A stretch of DNA of 64,000 bases from Eledone cirrhosa (lineage: Eukaryota). The first letter of the stretch is position 1, and each line of letters opens with the position of its first letter. Location of the stretch: contig OZ024740.1 in assembly GCA_964016885.1 (NCBI GenBank), positions 255,564,001-255,628,000 on the forward strand. The letters run 5' to 3'. Below the pieces are notes generated by a model. The model was not told where the DNA came from. It was given only the letters and a program-made list of their open reading frames with translations, and did no database searches. Positions 33,101 to 53,549 of this stretch are shown piece after piece. A program made the position numbers and the translations under genes.

Positions 33101-36100
33101 ATTAAGACATGGACATAGACATAGATTAACACATGGACACTGAAATACATTAACACATAGACATAGACATACATTAACTCATGGACATAGACATACATTA
33201 ACTCATGTACATAGACATACATTAACACATGGACATAGATATACATTAACACATGGTCATAGATATACATTAACACATGGACAGAGATATACGTTAACAC
33301 ATGGACATAGAGATACATTAACAAATGGACACAGACATACATTAACACATGTACATAGAGATACATTAACACATGGACACATATATACATTAACACATGT
33401 ACATAGACATACATTAACACATGGACATAGATATACATTAACACATGTACATAGACATACATTAACACATGGACATAGATATACATTAACACATGGACAT
33501 TGACATACATTAACACATGGACGTAGATATACATTAACACATGGACACAGACATACATTAACACATGGACATAGATATACATTAACACATGGACATAGAC
33601 ATACATTAACACATGGACATAGAGATACATTAACACAGGGATATAGACATACATTAACACATGGACATAGACATACATTAACACATGGACATAGACATAC
33701 ATTAACACATGGACATAGATATATATTAACACATGGACATAGACATACATTAACACATGGTCATAGATATACATTAACACATGGACAGAGATATACGTTA
33801 AAACATGGACATAGAGATACATTAACAAATGGACACAGACATACATTAACACATGTACATAGAGATACATTAACACATGGACACATATATACATTAACAC
33901 ATGTACATAGACATACATTGACACATGGACATAGACATACATTAACACATGGATATAGATATACATTAACACATGGATATAGACATACATTCACACATGG
34001 ACATAGACATACATTAATACATGGACATAGATATACATTAACACATGGACACATACATACATTAACACACGGACATAGAGATATATTAACACATGGACAT
34101 ACATATACATTAACACATGGACATAGACATACATTAACACATAGACATACATATACATTAACACATGGACATAGATATACATTAACACATGGACATAGAC
34201 ATACATTAACAGATGTACATAGAGATACATTAACACTTGGACATAGATAGAGATTAACACATGTACATAGACATACATTAACACATGGACATAGACATAC
34301 ATTAACACATGGACATAGACATACATTAACACATGTACATAGACATACATTAACACATGGACATAGACATACATTAACACATGGACATAGACATACATTA
34401 ACACATGGACACAGACATACATTAACACATGGACATAGACATACATTAACACATGGACACAGACATACATTAACACATGGACACATACATACATTAACAC
34501 ATGGACATAGACATACATTAACACATGGACATAGACATACATTAACACATGGACACAGACATACATTAACACACGGACATAGAGATACATTAACACATGG
34601 ACATAGATATAAATTAACACATGGACATAGAGATACATTAACACATGGTCATAGACATACATTAACACATGGAAACAGACATACATTAACACATGGACAT
34701 AGAAATACATTAACACATGTACATAGAGATACATTAACACATGGACATAGATATACATTAACACATGTACATAAACATACATTAACACATGGACAAAGAC
34801 ATACATTAACACATGTACATAGAGATACATTAACACATGGACACATATATACATTAACACATGTACATAGACATACATTAACACATGGACATAGACATAC
34901 ATTAACACATGGACACAGACATACATTAACACATGGACATAGAGATACATTAACACATGGACATAGACATACATTAACACATGGACATAGACATACATTA
35001 ACACACGGACATGGACATACATTAACACATGTACATATACATACATTAACACATGGACATACATATACATTAACACATGGACATAGACATACATTAACAC
35101 ACGGACATAGAGATACATTAACACATGTACATAGATATATATTAACACATGTACATAGACATACATTAACACATGTACATAGACATACACTAACACATGG
35201 ACATAGATATACATTAACACACGGACATAGAGATATATTAACACATGTACATAGATATACATTAACACATGGACATAGACATACATTAACACATGTACAT
35301 AGACATAAATTAACACATGTACATAGACATACATTAACACATGGACACAGACATACATTAACACATGGACACAGACATACATTAACACATGTACATAGAC
35401 ATACATTAACACAGGGACATAGACATACATTAACACATGTACATAGACATACATTAACACATGTACATAGAGATACATTAACAAACGGACATAGAGATAC
35501 ATTAACACATGTACATAGATATACATTAACACATGGACATAGACATACATTAACACATGGACATAGACATACATTAACACATGGACATAGACATACATTA
35601 ACACATGGACAGAGACATACATTAACACATGGACACAGACATACATTAACACATGGACATAGACATACATTAACACATGGACATAGACATACATTAACAC
35701 ATGTACATAGACATACATTAACACATGAACATAGAGATACATTAACACGTGGACATAGACATACATTAACACATGGACATAGATATACATTAACACATGG
35801 ACATAGACATACATTAACACATGGACGTAGATATACATTAACACATGGACACAGACATACATTAACACATGGACATAGATATACATTAACACATGGACAT
35901 AGACATACATTAACACATGGACATAGAGATACATTAACACAGGGATATAGACATACATTAACACATGGACATAGACATACATTAACACATGGACATAGAC
36001 ATACATTAACACATGGACATAGATATATATTAACACATGGACATAGACATACATTAACACATGGTCATAGATATACATTAACACATGGACAGAGATATAC

Positions 36101-38600
36101 GTTAAAACATGGACATAGAGATACATTAACAAATGGACACAGACATACATTAACACATGTACATAGAGATACATTAACACATGGACACATATATACATTA
36201 ACACATGTACATAGACATACATTAACACATGGACATAGACATACATTAACACATGGATATAGATATACATTAACACATGGATATAGACATACATTCACAC
36301 ATGGACATAGACATACATTAATACATGGACATAGATATACATTAACACATGGACACATACATACATTAACACACGGACATAGAGATATATTAACACATGG
36401 ACATACATATACATTAACACATGGACATAGACATACATTAACACATAGACATACATATACATTAACACATGGACATAGATATACATTAACACATGGACAT
36501 AGACATACATTAACAGATGTACATAGAGATACATTAACACTTGGACATAGATAGAGATTAACACATGTACATAGACATACATTAACACATGGACATAGAC
36601 ATACATTAACACATGGACATAGACATACATTAACACATGTACATAGACATACATTAACACATGGACATAGACATACATTAACACATGGACATAGACATAC
36701 ATTAACACATGGACACAGACATACATTAACACATGGACATAGACATACATTAACACATGGACACATACATACATTAACACATGGACACATACATACATTA
36801 ACACATGGACATAGACATACATTAACACATGGACATAGACATACATTAACACATGGACACAGACATACATTAACACACGGACATAGAGATACATTAACAC
36901 ATGGACATAGATATAAATTAACACATGGACATAGAGATACATTAACACATGGTCATAGACATACATTAACACATGGAAACAGACATACATTAACACATGG
37001 ACATAGAAATACATTAACACATGTACATAGAGATACATTAACACATGGACATAGATATACATTAACACATGTACATAAACATACATTAACACATGGACAA
37101 AGACATACATTAACACATGTACATAGAGATACATTAACACATGGACACATATATACATTAACACATGTACATAGACATACATTAACACATGGACATAGAC
37201 ATACATTAACACATGGACACAGACATACATTAACACATGGACATAGAGATACATTAACACATGGACATAGACATACATTAACACATGGACCTAGACATAC
37301 ATTAACACACGGACATGGACATACATTAACACATGTACATATACATACATTAACACATGGACATACATATACATTAACACATGGACATAGACATACATTA
37401 ACACACGGACATAGAGATACATTAACACATGTACATAGATATATATTAACACATGTACATAGACATACATTAACACATGTACATAGACATACACTAACAC
37501 ATGGACATAGATATACATTAACACACGGACATAGAGATATATTAACACATGTACATAGATATACATTAACACATGGACATAGACATACATTAACACATGT
37601 ACATAGACATAAATTAACACATGTACATAGACATACATTAACACATGGACACAGACATACATTAACACATGGACACAGACATACATTAACACATGTACAT
37701 AGACATACATTAACACAGGGACATAGACATACATTAACACATGTACATAGACATACATTAACACATGTACATAGAGATACATTAACAAACGGACATAGAG
37801 ATACATTAACACATGTACATAGATATACATTAACACATGGACATAGACATACATTAACACATGGACATAGACATACATTAACACATGGACATAGACATAC
37901 ATTAACACATGGACAGAGACATACATTAACACATGGACACAGACATACATTAACACATGGACATAGACATACATTAACACATGGACATAGACATACATTA
38001 ACACATGTACATAGACATACATTAACACATGGACATAGACATACATTAACACATGTACATAGACATACATTAACACATGAACATAGAGATACATTAACAC
38101 GTGGACATAGACATACATTAACACATGTACATAGACATAAATTAACACATGTACATAGACATACATTAACACATGGACATAGACATACATTAACACATGG
38201 ACACAGACATACATTAACACATGTAAATAGACATACATTAACACATGGATATAGACATACATTAACAGATGTACATAGACATACATTAACACATGGAGAC
38301 AGTCATACATTAACACATGGGCATAGACATACATTAACACATGTACATAGCCATACATTAACGCATAGACATAGAGATACATTAACACATGGACATAGAG
38401 ATACATTAACACATGGACATAGACATACATTAACACATGGAAACAGACATACATTAACTCATGGACATAGACATACATTAACACATGGACATAGACATAC
38501 ATTAACACATGTACATAGACATACATAAACACATGGACACAGACATACATTAACACCCGGACATAGAGATACATTAACACATGGACATAGATATACATTA
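30170..38600. repeat. Three related blocks at offsets 3336 (139 units) and 2304 bp (96 units)
   Basis: Near-identical ORFs 30425..31150, 33761..34486 and 36065..36790, and identical ORFs starting at 31313/34649/36953. Marker CACTTGGACATAGATAGAGATT at ~30898/34234/36538. Boundaries are approximate. Confidence 0.82.
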
Positions 38601-41600
38601 ACACATGGACATAGAGATAAATTAATACATGGACATAGACATACATTAACAGATGGAAACAGACATACATTAACACATGGACATAGACATACATTAACAC
38701 ATGTACATAGAGATGCATTAACACATGGACATAGACATACATTAACACATGGACATACATATACATTAACACATGGACATAGACATACATTAACACATGG
38801 ATATAGACATACATTAACACATGGAGACAGACATACATTATCACATGGACACAGACATACATTAACACATGGACATAGACATACATTAACACATGGACAT
38901 AGACATACATTAACACATGTACAAAGATATACATTAACACATGTACATTGAGATACATTAACACGCGGACATAGACATACATTAACACATGTACATAGAT
39001 ATACATTAACACATGTACATAGACATACATTAACACATGTACATAGACATAAATTAACACATGTACATAGACATTCATTAACACAGGGACACAGACATAC
39101 ATTAGCCCATGGACACAGACATACATTAACACATGTACATACATATACATTAACACATGGATATAGACATACATTAACAGATGTACATAGACATACATTA
39201 ACACATGGACACAGTCATACATTAACACATGGGTATAGACATACATTAACACATGTACATAGACATACTTTAACACATGGACATAGATATACATTAACAC
39301 ATGGACATACATATACATTAACACATGGACATAGACATACATTAACACATGGACACAGACATACATTAACACATGGACATAGACATACATTAACACATGT
39401 ACATAGAGATACATTAACAAACGGACATAGAGATACATTAACACATGTACATAGATATACATTAACACATGGACATAGACATACATTAACACATGGACAT
39501 AGACATACATTAACACATGGACATAGACATACATTAACACATGGACAGAGACATACATTAACACATGGACACAGACATACATTAACACATGGACATAGAC
39601 ATACATTAACGCATGTACATAGACATACATAAACACATGGACACAGACATACATTAACACCCGGACATAGAGATACATTAACACATGGACATAGATATAC
39701 ATTAACACATGGACATAGAGATAAATTAATACATGGACATAGACATACATTAACAGATGGAAACAGACATACATTAACACATGGACATAGACATACATTA
39801 ACACATGTACATAGAGATGCATTAACACATGGACATAGACATACATTAACACATGGACATACATATACATTAACACATGGACATAGACATACATTAACAC
39901 ATGGATATAGACATACATTAACACATGGAGACAGACATACATTAACACATGGACATAGACACACATTAACACATGGACATAGATATACATTAACACATGG
40001 ACACAGACATACATTAACACATGGACATAGACATACATTAACACATGTACATAGACATACATTAACACATGGACATAGAGATACATTAACAAACGGACAT
40101 AGAGATACATTAACACATGGACATAGATATACATTAACACATGGACATAGACATACATTAACACATGGACATAGACATACATTAACACATGGACATAGAC
40201 ATACATTAACACATGGACACAGACATACATTAACACATGGACACAGACATACATTAACACATGGACATAGACATACATTAACACATGTACATAGAGATGC
40301 ATTAACACATGGACATAGACATACATTAACACATGGACATACATATACATTAACACATGGACATAGACATACATTAACACATGGATATAGACATACATTA
40401 ACACATGGAGACAGACATACATTAACACATGGACATAGACACACATTAACACATGGACATAGATATACATTAACACATGGACACAGACATACATTAACAC
40501 ATGGACATAGACATACATTAACACATGTACATAGACATACATTAACACATGGACATAGAGATACATTAACAAACGGACATAGAGATACATTAACACATGG
40601 ACATAGAAATACATTAACACATGTACATAGAGATACATTAACACATGGACATAGATATACATTAACACATGTACATAAACATACATTAACACATGGACAA
40701 AGACATACATTAACACATGTACATAGAGATACATTAACACATGGACATAGACATACATTAACACATGTACATAGATATACATTAACACATGTACATAGAC
40801 ATATATTAACACATGTACATAGACATAATTTAACACATGTACATAGACATATATTAACACATGGAAACAGACATACATTAACACATGGACACAGACATAC
40901 ATTAACACATGTACATAGACATACATTAACACATGGACATAGACATACATTAACAGATGTACATAGGCATACATTAACAAATGGACACAGTCATACATTA
41001 ACACATGGACATTGACATACATTAACACATGGATATAGATATACATTAACACATGGACATACATATACATTAGCACATGGACATAGATATACATTAACAC
41101 ATGGACACAGACATACATTAACACATGGACATAGACATACATTAACACATGGACATAGACTTACATTAACACATGGACACAGACATACATTAACACATGT
41201 ACATAGACATGTATAAACACATGTACATAGAGATACATTAACACATGGACATTGACATACATTAACACATGTACATAGACATACATTAACACATGGACAC
41301 AGACATACAGTAACACATAGACATAGACATACATTAACACATGTACATAGACATACATTAACACATGGACATAGACACACATTAACACATGGACATAGAT
41401 ATACATTAAAACATGGACACAGACATACATTAACACATGTACATAGATATACATTAACACATGTAGATAGACATACATTAACACATGGACATAGACATAC
41501 ATTAACACAAGGACATAGACATACATTAACACATGGACGTAGATTTACATTAACACATGGACATAGACATACATTAACACATGGACATAGATATACATTA

Positions 41601-44600
41601 ACACATGGACATAGACATACATTAACACATGGACATAGAGATACATTAACACATGGATATAGACATACATTAACACATGGACATAGACATACATTAACAC
41701 ATGGACATAGACATACATTAACACATGGACATAGATATACATTAACACATTGACATAGACATACATTAACACATGGACATAGATATACATTAACACATGG
41801 ACAGAGATATACATTAACACATGGACATAGAGATACATTAACAAATGGACAGAGATATACATTAACACATGGACATAGACATACATTAACACATGGACAT
41901 AGACATACATTAATACATGGACATAGACATACATTACCACATGGACACATACATACATTAACACACGGACATAGAGATACATTAACACATGGACATAGAT
42001 ATACATTAACACATGGACATAGACATACATTAACACATAGACATACATATACATTAACACATGTACATAGAGATACATTAACATATGGACATAGATAGAC
42101 ATTAACCCATGTACATAGACATACATTAACACATGGACATAGACATACATTAACACATGGACATAGACATACATTAACACATGTACATAGACATACATTA
42201 ACACATGGACATAGACATACATTAACACATGGACACATACATACATTAACACATGGACACAGACATACATTAACACATGTACATAGACATACATTAACAC
42301 ATGGACATAGACATACATTAACACATGTACATAGACATACATTAACACATGGACACAGACATACATTAACACATGGACATTTACATACATTAACACATGG
42401 ACATAGATATACATTAACAGATGGACATACATATACATTAACACATGGACAAAGACATACATTAACACATGGACACAGACATACATTAACACATGCACAT
42501 AGACATACATTAACACATGGACATAGAAATACATTAACACATGGACATAGACATAGATTAACCCATGGACACAGACATACATTAACACATGGACACAGAT
42601 ATACATTAACACATGGAAATAGACATACATTAACACATGGTCATAGACACACATTAACACATGGACATAGATATACATTAACACATGGACATAGAGATAC
42701 ATTAACACATGGACATAGACATACATTAACACATGGACATACATATACATTAACACATGGACATAGACATACATTAACAAACGGACATAGAGATACATTA
42801 ACACATGGACATAGATATACATTAAGACATGGACATAGACATACGTTAACACATGGACATAGACATACATTAACACTTGGACATAGACATACATTAACAC
42901 ATGGACCCAGACATACATTAACACATGGACACAGACATACATTAACATATGGACATAGACATACATTAACACATGGACATAGACATACATTAACACATGT
43001 ACATAGACATACATTAACACATGGACATAGACATACATTAACACATGGACGTAGATATACATTAACACATGGACACAGACATACATTAACACATGGACAT
43101 AGATATACATTAACACATGGACATAGACATACATTAACACATGGACATAGAGATACATTAACACATGGATATAGATATACATTAACACATGGACATAGAC
43201 ATACATTAACACATGGACATAGACATACATTAACACATGGACATAGATATACATTAACACATGGACATAGACATACATTAACACATGGTCATAGATATAC
43301 ATTAACACATGGACAGAGATATACGTTAACACATGGACATAGAGATACATTAACAAATGGACACAGACATACATTAACACATGTACATAGAGATACATTA
43401 ACACATGGACACATATATACATTAACACATGTACATAGACATACATTAACACATGGACATAGACATACATTAACACATGGATATAGATATACATTAACAC
43501 ATGGATATAGACATACATTCACACATGGACATAGACATACATTAATACATGGACATAGATATACATTAACACATGGACACATACATACATTAACACACGG
43601 ACATAGAGATATATTAACACATGGACATACATATACATTAACACATGGACATAGACATACATTAACACATAGACATACATATACATTAACACATGGACAT
43701 AGATATACATTAACACATGGACATAGACATACATTAACAGATGTACATAGAGATACATTAACACATGGACATAGATAGAGATTAACACATGTACATAGAC
43801 ATACATTAACACATGGACATAGACATACATTAACACATGGACATAGACATACATTAACACATGTACATAGACATACATTAACACATGGACATAGACATAC
43901 ATTAACACATGGACATAGACATACATTAACACATGGACACAGACATACATTAACACATGGACATAGACATACATTAACACATGGACACAGACATACATTA
44001 ACACATGGACACATACATACATTAACACATGGACATAGACATACATTAACACATGGACATAGATATACATTAACACATGGACACAGACATACATTAACAG
44101 ATGGACATAGACATACATTAACACATGGACATAGACATACATTAACACATGGACATAGACATACATTAACACATGGACACAGACATACATTAACACATGA
44201 TCATAGACATACATTAACACATGGAAACAGACATACATTAACACATGTACATAGACATAAATTAACACATGGACATAGACATACATTAACACACGGACAT
44301 AGAGATACATTAACACATGGACATAGACATACATTAACACACGGACATGGACATACATTAACACATGTACATATACATATATTAACACATGGACATACAT
44401 ATACATTAACACATGGACATAGACATACATTAACACACGGACATAGAGATACATTAACACATGTACAGAGATATATATTAACACATGTACATAGACATAC
44501 ATTAACACATGTACATAGACATACACTAACACATGGACATAGATATACATTAACACACGGACATAGAGATACATTAACACATGTACATAGATATACATTA

Positions 44601-47600
44601 ACACATGGACATAGACATACATTAACACATGTACATAGAGATAAATTAACACATGTACATAGACATACATTAACACATGGACACAGACATACATTAACAC
44701 ATGGACACAGACATACATTAACACATGTACATAGACATACATTAACACATGGACACAGACATACATTAACACATGTACATAGACATACATTAACACATGG
44801 ACATAGACATAGATTAACACATGTACATAGACATACATTAACACATGTACATAGAGATACATTAACAAATGGACATAGAGATACATTAACACATGGACAT
44901 AGATATACATTAACACATGGACATAGACATACATTAACACATGGACATAGACATACATTAACACATGTACATAGACATACATTAACACATGAACATAGAG
45001 ATACATTAACACGTGGACATAGACATACATTAACACATGTACATAGATATACATTAACACATGTACATAGACATACATTAACACATGTACATAGACATAA
45101 ATTAACACATGTACATAGACATACATTAACACATGGACATAGACATACATTAACACATGGACACAGACATACATTAACACATGTAAATAGACATACATTA
45201 ACACATGGATATAGACATACATTAACAGATGTACATAGACATACATTAACACATGGACACAGTCATACATTAACAGATGGACACAGACATACATTAACAG
45301 ATGGACATAGACATACATTAACACATGTACATAGACCTACATTAACACATGGACATAGACAGATATTAACACATGGACACAGACATACATTAACACACGG
45401 ACATAGAGATACATTAACACATGGACATAGATATAAGTTAACACATGGACATAAAGATACATTAACACATGATCATAGACATACATTAACACATGGAAAC
45501 AGACATACATTAACACATGTACATAGACATACATTAACACATGTACATAGAGATACATTAACACATGGACATAGATATACATTAACACATGTACATAGAC
45601 ATACATTAACACATGGACAAAGACATACATTAACACATGTACATAGAGATACATTAACACATGGACACATATATACATTAACACATGTACATAGACATAC
45701 ATTAACACATGGACATAGGCATACATTAACACATGGACACAGACATACATTAACACATGGACATAGACATACATTAACACACGGACATAGAGATACATTA
45801 ACACATGGACATAGACATACATTAACACACGGACATGGACATACATTAACACATGTACATATACATACATTAACACATGGACATACATATACATTAACAC
45901 ATGGACATAGACAGATATTAACACATGGACACAGACATACATTAACACACGGACATAGAGATACATTAACACATGGACATAGATATAAATTAACACATGG
46001 ACAAAGAGATACATTAACACATGATCATAGACATACATTAACACATGGAAACAGACATACATTAACACATGTACATAGACATACATTAACACATGTACAT
46101 AAAGATACATTAACACATGGACATAGATATACATTAACACATGTACATAGACATACATTAACACATGGACAAAGACATACATTAACACATGTACATAGAG
46201 ATACATTAACACATGGACACATATATACATTAACACATGTACATAGACATACATTAACACATGGACATAGGCATACATTAACACATGGACACAGACATAC
46301 ATTAACACATGGACATAGACATACATTAACACACGGACATAGAGATACATTAACACATGGACATAGACATACATTAACACACGGACATGGACATACATTA
46401 ACACATGTACATATACATACATTAACACATGGACATACATATACATTAACACATGGACATAGACACATTAACACACGGACATAGAGATACATTAACACAT
46501 GTACATAGATATATATTAACACATGTACATAGACATATATTAACACATGTACATAGACATACACTAACACATGGACATAGATATACATTAACACACGGAC
46601 ATAGAGATACATTAACACATGTACATAGATATACATTAACACATGGACATAGACATACATTAACACATGTACATAGACATAAATTAACACATGTACATAG
46701 ACATACATTAACACATGGACACAGACATACATTAACACATGGACACAGACATACATTAACACATGTACATAGACATACATTAACACATGGACATAGACAT
46801 ACATTAACACATGTACATAGACATACATTAACACATGTACATAGAGATACATTAACAAACGGACATAGAGATACATTAACAGATGGACCTAGATATACAT
46901 TAACACATGGACATAGACATACATTAACACATGGACATAGACATACATTAACACATGGACATAGACATACATTAACACATGTACATAGGCATACATTAAC
47001 ACATGGACATAGACATACATTAACACATGGACACAGACATACATTAACACATGTAAATAGACATACATTAACACATGGATATAGACATACATTAACAGAT
47101 GTACATAGACATACATTAACACATGGACACAGTCATACATTAACACATGGGCATAGACATATATTAACACATGTACATAGACATACATTAACACATGGAC
47201 ATAGAGATACATTACCACATGGACATAGACATACATTAACACATGGAAACAGACATACATTAACTCATGGACATAGACATACATTAACACATGGATATAG
47301 ACATACATTAACACATGTACATAGACATACATTAACACATGGACACAGACATACATTAACACCCGGACATAGAGATACATTAACACATTGACATAGATAT
47401 ACATTAACACATGGACATAGAGATACATTAACACATGGACATAGACATACATTAACAGATGGAAACAGACATACATTAACACATGGACATAGACATACAT
47501 TAACACATGTACATAGAGATGCATTAACACATGGACATAGACATACATTAACACATGGACATAGATATACATTAACACATGTACATAGAGATACATTAAC

Positions 47601-50600
47601 ACGCGGACATAGACATACATTAACACATGTACATAGATATACATTAACACATGTACATAGACATACATTAACACATGTACATAGACATAAATTAACACAT
47701 GTACATAGACATTCATTAACACATGGACACAGACATACATTAGCACATGGACACAGACATACATTAACACATGTACATAGATATACATTAACACATGGAT
47801 ATAGACATACATTAACAGATGTACAGAGACATACATTAACACATGAACACAGTCATACATTAACACATGTGTATAGACATACATTAACGCATGTACATAG
47901 ACATACATTAACACATGGACATAGATATACATTAACACATGGACATACATATACATTAACACATGGACATAGACATACATTAACACATGGACATATACAT
48001 ACATCAACACATGGACACGGACATACATTAACACATGAATATAGACATACATTAACACATGGACATAGTCATACATTAACACATGTACATAGACATACAT
48101 TAACAGATGGACATAGACACACATTAACACATGTACATAGACATACATTAACACATGGACACAGACATACATTAACACATGGACATATACACACATTAAC
48201 ACATGGACATAGATATACATTAACACATGGACACAGACATACATTAACACATGGACATAGACATACATTAACACATGTACATAGACATACATTAACACAT
48301 GGACATAGAAATACATTAACAAACGGACATAGAGATACATTAACACATGGACATAGATATACATTAACACATGGACATAGACATACATTAACACATGGAC
48401 ATAGACATACATTAACACATGGACATAGACATACATTAACACATGGACACAGACATACATTAACACATGGACACAGACATACATTAACACATGGACATAG
48501 ACATATATTAACACATGGACATAGACATAGATTAACACATGGACACAGACATACATTAACACATGGACATAGATATACGTTAACACATGGACATAGACAT
48601 ACATTAACACATGTACATAGACATACATTAACACATGTACATAGAGATACATTAACACATGGACATAGACATACATTAACACATGTACATAGATATACAT
48701 TAACACATGTACATAGACATATATTAACACATGTACATAGACATAAATTAACACATGTACATAGACATATACTAACACATGGAAACAGACATACATTAAC
48801 ACATGGACACAGACATACATTAACACATGTACATAGACATACATTAACACATGGACATAGACATACATTAACAGATGTACATAGGCATACATTAACACAT
48901 GGGCACAGTCATACGTTAACACATGGACATTGACATACATTAACACATGGATATAGATATACATTAACACATGGACATAGACATATATTAACACATGTAC
49001 ATAGACATAAATTAACACATGTACATAGACATAGATTAACACATGGACATAGACATACATTAACACATGTACATAGACATATATAAATACATGTACATAG
49101 AGATACATTAACACATGGACATTGACATACATTAACACATGTACATAGACATACATTAACACATGGACACAGACATACATTAACACATAGACATAGACAT
49201 ACATTAACACATGTACATAGACATACATTAACACATGGACATAGACACACATTAACACATGGACATAGATATACATTAAAACATAGACACAGACATACAT
49301 TAACACATGTACATAGATATATATTAACACATGTAGATAGACATACATTAACACATGGACATAGACATACATTAACACAAGGACATAGACATACATTAAC
49401 ACATGGACGTAGATTTACATTAACACATGGACACAGACATACATTAACACATGGACATAGATATACATTAACACATGGACATAGCCATACATTAACACAT
49501 GGACATAGACATACATTAACACATGGACATAGACATACATTAACACATGGACATAGATATACATTAACACATGGACATAGACATACATTAACACATGGAC
49601 ATAGATATACATTAACACATGTACATATACATGAATTAACACATGTACATAGACATACATTAACACATGGACATAGACATACATTAACACATGGACATAG
49701 AGATACATTAACAAACGGACAGAGAAATACATTAACACATGGACATAGACATACATTAACACATGGACATAGACATACATTAATACATGGACATAGACAT
49801 ACATTACCATATGGACACATACATACATTAACACACGGACATAGAGATACGTTAACACATGGACATAGATATACATTAACACATGGACATAGACATACAT
49901 TAACACATAGACATACATATACATTAACACATAGACATAGATATACATTAACACATGTACATAGATATACATTAACACATGGACATAGATATTCATTAAC
50001 ACATGGACATAGACATACATTAACACATGTACATAGAGATACATTAACATATGGACATAGATAGACATTAACACGCGGACATAGACATACATTAACACAT
50101 GTACATAGATATACATTAACACATGTACATAGACATACATTAACACATGGAGACAGACATACATTAACACATGGACACAGACATACATTAACACATGGAT
50201 ATAGACATACATTAACACATGGACATAGATATACATTAACACATGTACATAGAGATACATTAACACGCGGACATAGACATACATTAACACATGTACATAG
50301 ATATACATTAACACATGTACATAGACATACATTAACACATGTACATAGTCATAAATTAACACATGTACATAGACATACATTAACACATGGACACAGACAT
50401 ACATTAACACATGCACATAGACATACATTAACACATGGACATAGATATACATTAACACATGGATATAGACATACATTAACAGATGTACAGAGACATACAT
50501 TAACACATGAACACAGTCATACATTAACACATGGGTATAGACATATATTAACACATGTACATAGACATACATTAACACATGGACATAGACATACATTAAC

Positions 50601-53549
50601 ACATGGACATAGACATACATTAACACATCGACACAGACATACATTAACACATGGACACAGACATACATTAACACATGGACATAGACATACATTAACACAT
50701 GTACATAGACATACATTAACACATGGACATAGAGATACATTAACAAACGGACATAGAGATACATTAACACATGGACATAGACGTACATTAACACATGGAC
50801 ATAGACATACATTAACACATGGACATAGACATACATTAACACATGGACATAGACATACATTAACACATGGACATAGAAATACATAACACATGGACACAGA
50901 CATACATTAACACATGGACATTGACATACATTAACACATGGGCATAGATATACATTAACACATGGACATACATATACATTAACACATGGACAAAGACATA
51001 CATTAACACATGGACACAGACATACATTAACACATGGACATAAAAATACATTAACACATGGACATAGACATAGATTAACACATGGACACAGACATACATT
51101 AACACATGGACACAGACATACATTAACACATGGAAATAGACATACATTAACACATGGACATAGACATACATTAACACATGGACACAGACATACATTAACA
51201 CATGGGCATAAAGATACATTAACACATGGACATTGACATACATTAACACATGGACATAGATATGCATTAACACATGGACATACATATACAGTAACACATG
51301 GACAAAGACATACGTTAACACATGGAAACAGACATACATTAACACATGGACATAGACATACATTAACACATGGACATTGACATACATTAACACATGGACA
51401 TAGACATAGATTAACACATGGACACTGACATACATTAACACATGGACACAGATATACATTAACACATGGAAATAGACATACATTAACACATGGTCATAGA
51501 CACACATTAACACATGGACATAGATATACATTAACACATGGACATAGAGATACATTAACACATGGACATACATTAACACATGTACATAGATATACATTAA
51601 CACATGGACATAGACATACATTAACACATGGACATACATATACATTAACACATGGACATAGACATACATTAACAAACGGACATAGAGATACATTAACACA
51701 TGGACATAGATATACATTAAGACATGGACATAGACATACGTTAACACATGGACATAGACATACATTAACACTTGGACATAGACATACATTAACACATGGA
51801 CACAGACATACATTAACACATGGACACAGACATACATTAACATATGGACATAGACATACATTAACACATGGACATAGACATACATTAACACATGTACATA
51901 GACATACATTAACACATGTACATAGACATGAATTAACACATGTACATAGACATACATTAACAAATGGACACAGACATAGATTAACACATGGACATTGACA
52001 TACATAAGCACATGGACAAAGATATACATTAACACATGGACATAAATATACATTAACACATGGACATAGACATACATTAACACATGGACACAGACATACA
52101 TTAACACATGGACATAGACATACATTAACACATAGACATAGACATACATTAACACATGGACACAGACATACATTAACACATGAACATAGACATACATTAA
52201 CACATGGACATAGACATACATTAACACATGTACATAGACATACATTAACACATGGACATAGACACACATTAACACATGTACATAGACATACATTAACACA
52301 TGTACACAGACATACATTAACACATGGACATAGACACACATTAACACATGGACAGAGATATACATTAACACATGGACACAGACATACATTAAAACATGGA
52401 CATAGATATACATTAACACATGTACATTGACATACATAAACACATGGACATAGACATATATTAACACATGGAGATAGACATACATTAACACATGGACATA
52501 GACATACATTAACAGATGGACACAGACATACATTAACACATGGACACAGACATACATTAACACATGGACATAGACATACATTAACACATGGACATAGACA
52601 TATATTAACACATGTACATAGAGATACATTAACACGTGGACATATACATACATTAACACATGGACATAGACATAAATTAACACATGTACATAGACATACA
52701 TTAACACATGGACACAGACATACATTAACACATGGACACAGACATACATTAACACATGTACATAGACATACATTAACACATGGACATAGACATACATTAA
52801 CAGATGTACATAGACATACATTAACACATGGACACTGTCATACATTAACACATGGACATTGACATACATTAACACATGGATATAGATATACATTAACACA
52901 TGGACATACATATACATTAACACATGGACATAGACATACATTAACACATGGACACAGACATACATTAACACATGGACATAGACATACATGAACACATGGA
53001 TATAGACATACATTAACACATGGACACAGCCATACATTAACACATGTACATAGATATACATAAACACATGTACATAGAGATACATTAACACATGGACGTT
53101 GACATACATTAACACATGTACATAGACATACATTAACACATGGACATAGACATACATTAACACATGGACACAGACATACATTAACACATAGACATAGACA
53201 TACATTAACACATGTACATAGACATACATTAACACATGTACATAGACATACATTAACACATGGACATAGATATACATTAACACATGGACATAGACATACA
53301 TTAACACATGGACGTAGATATACATTAACACATGGACACAGACATACATTAACACATGGACATAGATATACATTAACACATGGACATAGACATACATTAA
53401 CACATGGACATAGAGATACATTAACACATGGATATAGACATACATTAACACATGGACATAGACATACATTAACACATGGACATAGACATACATTAACACA
53501 TGGACATAGATATACATTAACACATGGACATAGACATACATTAACATAT

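Noticed and set aside
46453-48933. Histidine-rich structural protein (e.g. cephalopod beak HBP-like) from the + strand ORFs
   Set aside because: THGHRHTL does not match the Gly/Ala-rich GHG-type repeats I know for those proteins, there is no signal peptide, and the starts arise from chance variants or an indel in the array.
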